From assembly GCA_002633005.1 (NCBI GenBank), contig NMRA01000464.1:294623-358622 (forward strand): a stretch of 64,000 nucleotides of DNA, in the 5' to 3' direction. Shown piece after piece: positions 12,847 to 25,100 of this stretch. The notes below the pieces were generated by a model, which worked only from the letters and a program-made list of their open reading frames with translations, made no database searches and was not told where the DNA came from. Source of the DNA: Phoronis australis (Eukaryota > Animalia > Phoronida). The translations under genes were made by a program, and so were the position numbers. Every line of letters starts with the position of its first letter. Position 1 is the first letter of the stretch.

Positions 12847-15525
12847 GGGGAAAGCTTCAGCAACTCTTTGGTCTACTTTGTTGTCCATAACCATTTTTAG
12901 GTGCTTCTTTAATCTTGATATAGGCAAAGCAACTTTAACCACGTTAATCTTAATTTACATGTGGATTTTAGGTAATTAGAATTCCTCGGTTTTTAGACTG
13001 TTCTGCACTTTTAGGGGGAAATTTTAAAATGTTATCACTCAACCTCAAAGATACTGAAAAATAACTGGAACATCTTGGTTGACGGAATAATTGACCCAAA
13101 AGATCGTCGGCTTAAGTGGTCAGCAGATTCTCTGTACGAGGTCAGCTACATGTGAGTATTTACATTTTGTGTAAGCAAATGGGCTTGCAATGATTTGGAC
13201 AAACTATGGCAATTTCTTATGAAACTTCTCTATACATGACGGACTTTAATGACGAACAATTTTGGGCGATAATATTGTGCGGGAAGTTATCACGTGACGA
13301 CCACTTAAGTATCACAATTATAGAGTATCTAGACTTGCACAGAAATAAAAAATTGCCAGATTCTACCAAGAAATTCCTGATAATGCTTTTATTTAATGTA
13401 TGGTTCTTAGAACTTAATTCTGTGTGCAAATGAGGGTTAACAAGGTCGAATTTGTTTGACCAACATCAGGATACAAAAGCGCCTTTCACTAGACTAAATT
13501 AAAGCGATTTCTTATAAGTTTCACAAGCCGAACCCCTAGCTCCTGGTCTAAACCTAAAAATTTCATTATATAACTTCTCCCAAAACAAATTTTGATAAGT
13601 TTACCCAAATATGGAGACCGGTGTACAACACAAACCACGCTTAGGTGCATTCTGCAGGTGCAAGAATCTTGCCAGTCCAGACAGTGAGATTGTATGTCTT
13701 GTGAGGACTAGCTTTTCACGACAAATCTTGCTCAGTGGAACACACCGATTTTTCCATCACGAAATTTGAAAACCTTTCAGTCCTGCAATTAACTGTGCTG
13801 ATGTCTTGTAAACTGCTTTTACACATCTTAACTTACAATATGAAAATCTCAGGCTCACAGAACACAAATGAGATAAGACGAGAACACATCAAGATAAACT
13901 GGCTTACAGGTTCCTAACTTGTCTCGCCACTCAACAGCAAGCTAAGCATAGTTATGTAAGCATAGAAACAAGATCCATTTAATTATTCTGAACATTGTAA
14001 TGGGATGCAGTCTTCATGAACATGGAAAACACCAACTTGCTACTGTACAATCTTGTGAGTAATCCTACAAAACTAATCTTTGTACATGTCTAATTTACAG
14101 CAATATACAACATACATTAAGAATAGTCCAACTGCTTCTTTCTCCTTTTAAGTACTGTATGTTACAATTTTTATTGATTTTTCACATCCTGTTTTGTTGG
14201 TGCTTGCTGTACACCAGGGCAAATGCATTTTTACAGTTGATCAAACATTTTCCTCACTATAAACACTCACTCCGTCACAAACAGTAACTTAACTCTACAG
14301 CAAACCATCTCAATGTACAACTTGCCAGAGTATTTACAGATTCGACAATAACGCACCCTTTTACTCATTTTATACATCAATACTGAAATTTCAAATAATA
14401 CAATATAACCAGCACATGCTAGACATATTTACTAGCTTCAGCATAAAATTCGGCAGGTAGGCATGATTTATGAAGTTTTCACATAAGTTTCATTTTCTTC
14501 ATAATTAGTTCCAAAAGACCTTGGTTAATCAAAGAATAAGCAAACTTTCCACCAGATGTGGGCACAGGTCAGTAAGTTAAGTCTTGCCAACAGATGGGGC
14601 TGAGGTCAGTAAGGCAAGTCTTTTGCGACAGAATTTGTCAGTAAGCTCTAGTCCTCACTAACTAACGCCACTGAAAGTGGTTGGAGAGTTTTGCTAAGTA
14701 TTTAACCCAGAATACCAACAACTTCCGCCGTAAATGAGACCGTTACTGAACGCATTCCTGATTACCTGAACAAAAAAATTTTGCAATGCTATGGTCTTTT
14801 CGCCGAGCAACCTAACCTCAAGGTACATTTTACTGACGAGACCGCAATAGCATCAAATTTTCAAGAGAAATGCCATGGAATGATCACATTAAGTGCGAGG
14901 GGTATATAATGTTCTCAGAAAGCACAATACAAATGTTCCAAACTTTCATTTACTCACTCACCCATCCATCACTTTATACAGTTCTTTTCAGACTGTTAAA
15001 TCAGCATTTGCTAGTCAACAGAGCATCTCTCGTGACAGACAATAAATAATTTATGGATAGTCATATCAACACGCATGCTGGACTTAAATGAGATACATAA
15101 AAGTAATTAGAGAAACAGTCAAAACTTTGTAAATCCTTAAAGCTGCATTTCGATAAGGAATACTTAAAGATCAATTTCACGAGAGTAAAAGACTCGCTAG
15201 ATTTTTGTTTAGTCAGCTAAACGGGACGAAATGCAGCCCAAGAAGGAAACTTGCTTTAGACTACTTACTACTATAGAATTGTTCTCAAACATGTTCCTTA
15301 CTCAGATGAAAAGTGATTTCTAGGTTGGCACATAAATGATACACAGTGACAAATCATGAAGAGTCTGGACTCCGTCATACACTGTCTTTCGAAGCCTTCA
15401 ATCACCTAAAAGGAATAATTTGAGACCAATTTCATAACAGTAATTCGACTAAATCAAGATTTTTCCTGTCGTGGAAGGCAGATTGATTGCCCTTTTAAAA
15501 GGTGAACCGAGATATTAACGCATAT

Positions 15526-16155
15526 TTATCTCTTCAACTTCAAGACAATCTTGGGCATTTGGCCAGATTTTTCCTCTGTGACACAAGTCCACTCAGGGTC
15601 ATTAGGGTCATCGTCATCAACTTCTGACCCAGTGGACATTGGTGAAGAGGGCACAGATGGAGTGACACCTCCAGTGACAAGTCTCGTCACAGCTCTTGGT
15701 GGCAACAACATGTTTGTCACTTGCTCAATAGGTTTCTCACGAAACAGATCTTCATAATCATCATCAGCAAGTGGAAACAGCCTAGGAGGCCAAGGTGGGG
15801 CACTGGGTGTCTCAAACATGATGCCTGATGCACAGCTGTCCTCGTTGACAGACAATCGCTCAACCTCATTGGCATGCCGGGAAAGTGAGCTGCTGCGGCG
15901 ACGACCAATAAGGCTGGAGTCCTTGCTGAATGCAGGTGTACTGGGTGGCGTTGGTGACGAAACACTGGCCGAGCGAAACAGGCTGTCATTAAGACTCGAC
16001 TCGGGGGACATTGGGTCAGGTGTGGTAGCGCCGCTCTCCGTACGTCGACTGCCTCGCTTGTTGGTAACCGTGACAAAGTTGAGAAACCGTTTCTTCTCCT
16101 GGATTTCACACTTTAGATGTCGTTCACTCACAGCTTCCTCAGACAGATCCTCCAC
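15526..16155 (-). CDS. KANSL1: KANSL1 last coding exon (630 nt)
   Basis: ttcatag|GTG GAG GAT; [23 protein letters not shown] and PWPPRLFPL; stop TAA. Confidence 0.92.
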   Translation of the reverse strand: MEDLSEEAVSERHLKCEIQEKKRFLNFVTVTNKRGSRRTESGATTPDPMSPESSLNDSLFRSASVSSPTPPSTPAFSKDSSLIGRRRSSSLSRHANEVERLSVNEDSCASGIMFETPSAPPWPPRLFPLADDDYEDLFREKPIEQVTNMLLPPRAVTRLVTGGVTPSVPSSPMSTGSEVDDDDPNDPEWTCVTEEKSGQMPKIVLKLKR

Positions 16156-19100
16156 CTATGAAAAAGTCACATGATCATAATCAAGCTTGAACACAGGAGC
16201 TTTCTTGACAATAAAACCATTAACAGGAACACATGTGACAGGTTAATTAATGACAGTTCATATCTAACACCTACGTTTTATTGCAACTTTTAAACTGTTT
16301 TCCCAGATTTCCTCATTTAAAACAACCGTTGCATGTTCTAGAACTACTACAAAATCTCCAGTTCTGATCTACACACAAGTTGCTTTTCAAACCCTGAATC
16401 TAAAAGAGGAAAGTTGCATAAGGAATAAATCTATGAGATCTTCCATTAAACCATCTACAAAACTTCAGAATATTTAGTGTCCTTAAAGTGGATCTTGCAC
16501 GCAAATTCCTTATCTCTCTCTCTGTGAGTGCTTAGTCAAATCAGTAAGAAACACAAAATACAGCAATGATGTGAATATGAAGTAGATGGAAAATTGCCAA
16601 ATGTTTTTAAGCACAAGTTTTATGTCCAAAATGATCCACCGTACATCACTCAACTGTGTTCAGTAAGTATCGTGACGTGGTGTTGGGGAATAATACTGCA
16701 TGATGCGGGCAATGTGAGCCCCCAAGGTACGTCAATAGTGCAAAGGTCACTTATTTGCATACTTTCTGTTTTCATATTTTCAAATTGTCAATGAAAACAG
16801 CTTCACTGTTTAGCCTACATGATGTTCAAATAGCATTGTCATTTAGTTCCTGCTATACATTAGTATAGTTAGGTGCATGCAAATACATCTTTAATAATGA
16901 TGTATAGCGCAAGTGTACCCACAATCAACACCTTTTCACCTGATTTTAAATTTTTTTTGTAAATTCTGTGGCATTTCAGCAAAAGCTCATATCAGTGTTA
17001 GGCTTCTGGACGGTGACACTAAATAGAAAATCGATCAAGAGGTTAAAACTGTACAGGTGACAGAAGACAACTCACTTGGCTTACGAAAGTGTGTAACCAA
17101 CTCTGTCACCTGACAAAACGTTTCCAAAATCTCAACTGTAGAAATCACGATTTCCTGACAAAAAGTAATCTAATTGAACAAAATTTACTACTAATTTTCA
17201 GTACTTGTTCACATACATATCTGCTGAAAGTCAGTAAATTTTTAAAATTAAAAACTTAAAAGTGCTTCTTCTCCTAGGCAGTCCGCATCCCAAACCAGAA
17301 CTTAATTCAATATAACAGGTGAGACCGTTAAATGTTTGTTCAACAGAAAAGTTTTTAATTGTGTTGATCATTAGCACAAATTCAATCACGGGTGCATTGT
17401 TTTTATTCCCTTATTTGTTATTACAAGAGTAACACTAACCTCGTCCTCACTGTCCCCTCCTTCATCCATTGGCTCCTCCTTCACAGCGATTTTCACAAAA
17501 CCATTTGGCGACTTCCCAGACAGTTCATCCTTGTTATCTACTGCAACAGGCTCAGGCAAAGCTGGCTCCATCTTGCAGTCAGGTACTAACATAGACTGTG
17601 TTGACTGATCATTCAGCGACTCTTCCGACTGGTCAGTAGACACAAGTGGCAGCTTCACATCTTCTTGGGCATTTACATGATTCTCTTCAGGTGTCAAGGT
17701 CACATCACGCCACCTAGAAGCAAGAATTAAACTCAAGAAGTGATTAAAACATGGTCAATGGAAAAGTTTGGCTTATCCCTCTGTATCAATGAATTCTGAA
17801 AGCAAATGAATTGGTCAAACAAAATGAGGTGTAGAAAAACATGGAAACAATGGCATGTGTGTCAACAGCATGTGTGTGTCTCCTAAGCACAGAAATGACA
17901 ACTACAGGTAAAAGGTGAGACCACTCTTACAACAACGTGATTTATCAATTTAAAAGATAGTGTTTTTGACGGTGCAGCATTAAAGTTCAAGTTTTAGTTG
18001 AAATCCTGATAAAGCACATTGTACATCTACCATCAAAACCAATACCTCCCGTTCACATAATGGAAAATTCTCGACTATCAAAAACGCCAATATGGTAAAC
18101 AGTTGCAACAGTTAATTTCGTTAGCGCATTTGAGTTTCCCAAAAATTGCTGGAATTTTCACTGGCATATTTGTAGCCAGACCACGTACTTCAAGGGGCAC
18201 ACGTGCACAGGGGAAGACTGCAACTAGTCGGATTATCATTGTGTTCATGAGTTTTAAAGCAGAAAGCAATCCTGCTTTAAGGCCAATTCTTGCTTCATAA
18301 GTAATACAAGTGGTGATCAAACAAGTAGCAAGTCACCTAGAACTCCTCATGCACAAAATTCTCCACGCACAAACGTGTACATCGAGCTGCAGGACTACGT
18401 GATGCAAGTCATAGCTTTAAGAAAAGAGTCCGCCAAACTTAACAGCTTATCTTAATATGATCATAAATGTATCACCGTAACCACCCAGCTGTTATGTTAA
18501 TGTTTACCACTGTCAAATGAGCTAGATTTCTTTACCGATGCATTATTTAGTGCAAAGTGATTTTCGTTATACTCTTAACAATCATGGTCAATATATGAAG
18601 ATCTAATTTTTACTGATTAAAATAATGTAGAACTCTTATAGAGAAATGTCCAAATGTGACTAACTTGGGAACAACATACATGTATCTCTTAATGGCTGAC
18701 AGGGTTCATGTGAAACTGTCACATACTATTGCTTTATGCTCTCTTCACCAAAATTCTGTTGGGGTTTTATTAATTGTTCAACTAATGCACGAAAGGCAAT
18801 CACAAATTGAACTTTTATGACTTTCATCAAAAAACTTGAATGTTACTCTAAAACAGTGTTCAAATGTAATGAATCAGTTTCACGGACAAGAAATAATGTG
18901 CGAGAACAAGGATAGTTTAAGTGAGAGCAAAAAAGTATGGCCATGAGATGGAGTGGGAGAGGAGCATACGCATCCACCAGATTTAAAAAGCTTGCATGAG
19001 AGGAAATTTTGTGAACAAAAAAGTAAGCCGAGGTGCTGTGAGTAAACACAGGCAAAAATGATCCATTCGCAAACAGCTGTCTGACATTTTCACCAGATGC

Positions 19101-22100
19101 CAACATTCTTACCACCCGTGTGTATATGTAACTAAACCAACAACACAACAATACTACTACTTACTTGGGTGTCACAATCTCTTTATACTGCAGTTTCTCA
19201 ACGCGCGTCGATGCTGCCATGCTGTATGGAATGACAATGTTGTCGATGTCGTAGGCACTCTCCCGTCTCTTTACCGTACCTGCTTTAAGCTCAGCCTTGA
19301 GCAATGCTGATGGACAGCTCTGGGCAACAGGTGGAGTGAGCGTATCGCGGAACGATGGTGATGGCGTAGAGAAGGAGCGGTCCATGTGACTGGGTACCGA
19401 TGACGTCCGGTACGGTCTCTTACCTATAAAAGACGCTTGTATTGAATTGTGATGGTGGTGTAACAAAAGTTGAAAGTAGATTAGGAAGTCTAACACTAAC
19501 AACAAGGATTTATATGAAGCCTAAATCGACATTCATTTGATTAACTAATCTAATGTCTCTCAATATAAAAACACGCGAGTTCAGTAAAACAAGAGCAACG
19601 CGGAGCGTTGAAACGCGCCCATGAATGCATTGCAAATGGTGTGCTTTTAGGGTTATTTGTATCACAAAAATGGCCACTAGATGGCGCAAAAACATAAAAT
19701 CCATCCAAAAACAGGAACACGCCGTATTTCATAAAAATCTGCAAAGAACTTCTGAGAAACAAAGGAAAACAGAGTAAAATGAAATTACCACTAGTGGATA
19801 CAGTGTCCGTTGGATTCGCCTGAAAGTCGTCGTCGTCTGTTTTTATCTTCATATAAATTACACTTACTAAATTTAGTAAAGATCCTGCAGTGGGTTTAGG
19901 AGATACAACTATGGGCGCAAAACAAAACTACCACTAGGAGGCGCCACAGTAGTCAGTCACCACCATCAAAGGTCGTCTTCACACTGAGAACATACATGCC
20001 AATTTTCAAACGATTTGGTTGCTACAGGGGTAGATGCCAAAAACAAGATTTGAAAACAGCAAAAATGGCCACTAGGTGGTGCAAAATACTTAGACTCCAT
20101 CCAAAAATATAAAGATAGCGTCAACACACCAATAGATGCCTATATTTAAAATTTTATGAAAATCTGTTGAGGACCTTTGAAGATACAGAGTTAAACGTAA
20201 AAAACTAAATTTGCCACTAGGGGGCACACCAGTAGTCAGATCTGTCCGAAAGTCATCGTCATCCGTAGTCAACATAATAAAAATACACATGCTAAATTAA
20301 GTAAAGATCCTGCGAACTGTTTAGGAGATACAGCCATAGGTGCAAAAAAAACTGCCACTAGGAGGCGCCACAGTAGTCGAAATCGTCGGAAAATCATCAT
20401 CAACCGTCTTCTTCACAGTAAGCACATACATGACAATTTTCACAATCATCCTTTGAGCGGTTTGGTTGATAGAGGGGTGGATGCAAAAAAACGACTGAAA
20501 AACAGTAAAAATGCCCAATAGGTGTCAAACTACGTCGAATCCATCCGAAAACGGGAAGATAGCGTCATCTCACTAATAGGTGCCTACATACCAAAGTTCA
20601 TGAAAATCCGTCAAGGACTTTTGAAGATACAAAGGTAAGCGTAAAAAATTAAAATTGCCACTAAGGGGCACACCGGTAGTCGGATCCGTCCAAAAGTTCG
20701 CTCATGCCGTCTTATCCACGAGTAGAACATGTGCCAAATTTCATGAACGTATGTCAAAGGCTTTTGGAGATAGAGCGGCGGACGCCGGACGGACACTGTG
20801 GTGTTCACATATAAATATGTGGGCGCATAAAAAAGACTCACAGATTATTCAGAAAATTTAGTTTGCCGTGAAGAGTTGTGGCTACTGTACAAAACTATGT
20901 TGCTGCTCTCATTTTTACTATTTTCATGTTGAGCAACGCAGAGTGCTGATATCCAGCCAGCACGAGCATCACAAACGGCAAAGATATAAGGGGCACTCAT
21001 TTTTTCAATTGACCTATCGCAAGCTCTGCCCCCTTGCGTAATGTCGACTAACAAACAATAAGTTTTACCCGACAACATGTTGTTTGTCGGGCAAAAGGGC
21101 AGCTTGGAAACGAAGGTGTGTCAATAGTGCTGTGTTCTAAATGGTCAGTTTAAGCCGTCACTCAAAATCCTGCCGATAGGTCAATTATTCCCAAGGCAGC
21201 CGGATCCAATCGGCTAACAACATTGGTTGTGTCGTCTTCAAAAGGTCAAATTTTATGGAAATCCATCACAGAAATTGGCAGATATTCAGATGGGCGCAAC
21301 AACTATTTGCCACTAGTGGAAAAATGAAATTCATCCAAAAATCAACTTGTGCCATGGAATTCCTGCCATATAACTCTGGAGCAACTTTGATATGTCAAAA
21401 ACGTTTTTTGTAGTTTTGGTAGACGGATGCCAGACAGGATGTTCACCACATGTGATCGCAAAAAGTTACGTGGATGCATAAAAAAAGACTCGATTCAACA
21501 AAGCCTAACCTCAAATATCACCAAACAAGTTCAAGTTCAACAATGACTGTATTGCAGGTAAACTATTGTCAACTGCTTATAGTTTACCTAATTAGCAAAA
21601 ATGATGGTAACACGAATGCTTAAATTTTCGAGGTTCAAGACCCATGCATTGGTGGCACAGCACTGAAAAAAGTGGGGGGCTAAAGACCCCTCAGCCCCCT
21701 ATGGTGCTCCGCCCATGCCATGACTACAAATAGTTCTTTACTTCAAATTCAGCTCAGACACTAACCTATAGTCTGTGCCAAACTGGATGACTTGTTCTTC
21801 TTTTTCTTCTTGATGTCTGTCCTGCAGAGCCTAGTTTCACGTGACGCAGAGTTCTTGGGCGTCCCTGGCAACGAGCTACCATGACTGCGTGACAGACCTT
21901 GACGGAATTCTGGAATCCGTAAAGCAACTATGAAATCTCGGGAAGTAACAGGTATTGTATAATCCAGGCTTTGATCAAACAGAAACAAAAGTAATACATA
22001 AGAGATGGCGCATGACATTATTAAATATGGCAAATGACATTTGTAATTTTAAACAAATACACCGAAAAGCTTTAGATTGTAGATTAACACTATGGCCTGG

Positions 22101-25100
22101 CTGGAGTTCACTAATACCTTCTGAGGCTGGTTGGTTTTTCAGCGTAATTACAAACTGATTTTATTTATGTAGACTAGTCAGTAAGTTTACATCTCGTCTT
22201 TGTCACTGCACGTGGTAATGCGCATAATTTGAACATTTCTGGAAAGCTGCATGTAAGCAATGACTTTTTACAAAGAAAAGTAACTGCGTCTATCTCACTT
22301 ACTCTTAGAAAGCAACCCTGATGCATTTTTCTTGGTCTTCTTTAACTTATTCACATCAGCTTTGACCTTGTTTTTCCTGCAAAATACCAATACTATAAAC
22401 CTATGACAAATACAGTGACCTGCATACATACATTACCATACCTACATGCATTTAGGACCGTGAGGCTCTATACACGAAGCTGAGCCCACATTGAGAATTA
22501 GGTGCAAACGTATGTGAGTGAAGCTTGACTTGAATGTTACAAAACTATAGATATCTTCATTCTAACACTAAGTAGCCACGTGGTTAAAAGACATGGCAAA
22601 AATAGTCAATTTAAGACACACACATATATAAGTTATGACCAGGAAGGTTACGTGTAAGCGACTATGTTCGAAATACTCTAGCTGAAATTATTTTTAAACT
22701 GCATTATTTCTGATTTAGGTATGTGGATTTTAAAACACGCATTTATCGTACTGTTAATTGCAAGAACCCCCGCAACCAGTAACAATGTAGGTGGCATGTA
22801 CAGTGCTCAATTGTACATTATGCTACTGTGTAAAGAAGCAGCAGCATAACATACATAACCCTTTTCACTTTACTACAGTATCTTAATTACTCACTTTTTC
22901 TCAGACGAGACAGCACCGCTCTTGGTTTTCAAAGTCGGCTTTGCTTGCCAATCACCGGATTTCAGTAAGTTCTCAAAGTGAACAGTCAGAGGTATATCTG
23001 AAATGAAAACAAAAGCATAAACTATAGTTCAATCTGGCAAAAGGAAACAGAGCCGAAGACTAGTGACTGTCCAGTATCTGCAAGAGCATCTATCATTATT
23101 TAATGTCAGCAGGAACATAATAAAAATATATAATGTGTGTCACCATAAAACGGCTAACTAACTGGAGACTGTTAGTGTCTTTAATAATGAGCACTCTAGT
23201 TTTTCAATGGCTTCTGAAACTAGACTCTTACTTATAAAGTTCAAACAGCATCAACACTGGTCACCACTGGTTTCACCAGGACAGGAATTCTTTACGAAGA
23301 CCTCGGACAAGACAACCCAAATGACTATAGTCAAAAACCCATTCTAGTCACAGAAGATGGCACAGACCCCAAGATTTAAAAAAATATAGTTTGTAGATTT
23401 ACAGCAATCTAAGTTGCAGTAAAATCATACCTTTCTGGCCAAAAATAACTGCTAAGTCAAGAGATTAGTTTTTACCAAGTGTAATTGAAGAAATGTATGT
23501 TTACAAAACTGACTGTGTGTCTCCTTAACAAAATGTTATTTAGGCCAGAAACAGTTAGTCTAGAAGCTATGTAAAAACATTTTTTTCATTTTGCAATGAA
23601 TTAAGTGTCTCAGAGACTATATACATTAGAGTGACTACTTAGTTTCTAGTGCAGAAAATGATGCCTTTTTATGATGAATGTACACCGACCATCTTAGCAA
23701 GCTCTTTTCGATCTTACAAAAAGCAAATCCGATCCTTGTTTACTAGACACCCTTTTGGATGTGATTGGTTGCATGGTGACACTTTATTTCCAAAACTGTG
23801 CCACCCACAAGTCTAAATCAGTTATTCTTCAAAAATCACACTTGTCAGACTCTGAAGCGTGCCAATGCCAACAATCATGCCAGAAGCAACTTAACATATT
23901 GGCCTTTATTATCAGTTTCAAATAGGATATGGCCAAACGTTAATGCCTAATAAGTGCCAATTTTAAAAAAAGCGTCCATTTATAATAACAACACTGCAGA
24001 AATGCTGACTACCACAATGTCCCCAGCAACCACTGGCAACGCCCGTAGCCAAACTCCAGGCGACTACAAATTAGTGAGTAAAGCGCTCGGAAAAAACATT
24101 GGAAAATGTGAAAATTGGAGCACCAAATTCAAGCACGGGTCCGGATAATCAAGCACGAGTGTAAATATGCCGTCAGTCCTATTTTCGAGCGGAGATTTTC
24201 GCCTGTGTCGAGCCCTGGTAGGCCTCAGACGGTTGTGAATTTGTTGACGATATGTTATCTTGTTCACTCTAGACTTGATGAATTGCAGTAACTGTGCGTG
24301 TTAATGAAAGGTAGACACATGTACTCAAGGATATATTTCTTCACTTCCTTTCAAATGCAACTTCATTGTTGTCATTAGTTTAAATTATCTTGCCCAACAG
24401 CATTAAAGTAATTCAGGTCTCTTTGGAGAGCTTCAAGATACATAGTGTTCAGAAGTCATGCTGTGAATTATATGTCTAACATGCAACTCCACACAAATTA
24501 TCTTAAAAAAAGATTTACATATCTTAATTTCAGTATTCTGGTGACAATGCACACATCCTGAATGGATCACACCTTTTAATGCTTATTTAGTTTCCATTAT
24601 TCCCATCCTATGAACAAGAAAAAACATGCAAACAGCGTGCTAAAATGCACCTCAGAATCGCACTTTGCACGACTCGTCATTCACACAAACTTGGGCCCCC
24701 ACTTTTCAAATCCTAGATGAGTCCTAGTAGGCCCAGGACTAAAAATTTTCCACATAATTTTCTTGATTTTTCAAGAACTGCAACAAGGCGGAAAGATCAT
24801 ACTTAACCTTTAACTCAACATTCATTCTAAATAGCTACATAACAATCTGTTAGAATTTTGGAGCAATATACCGAATTACGAAGTGCTTACTTCACACCTT
24901 CCGAAGACCATAGTGACAAATGGACACGTGACGGAATAACAAGATATTGCGCTAAACAAGAAAGCTGACCTGTAAGAAACCAACTGAAACTTTGCATAAA
25001 TTTAACTGTCTGCAGACAATTTAAAATTTGAGATTTGCACCATGTCATTACGAAGCTGTTGGAAGTGGCTCAAGTCAGGGCGACCACGATCAATTTTGGC

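Noticed and set aside
15551-16174. Plus-strand ORFs overlapping the last KANSL1 exon (similar ones at 29844-30589, 36922-37806 and 52926-53159)
   Set aside because: Antisense shadows of real coding exons with no recognisable domains.
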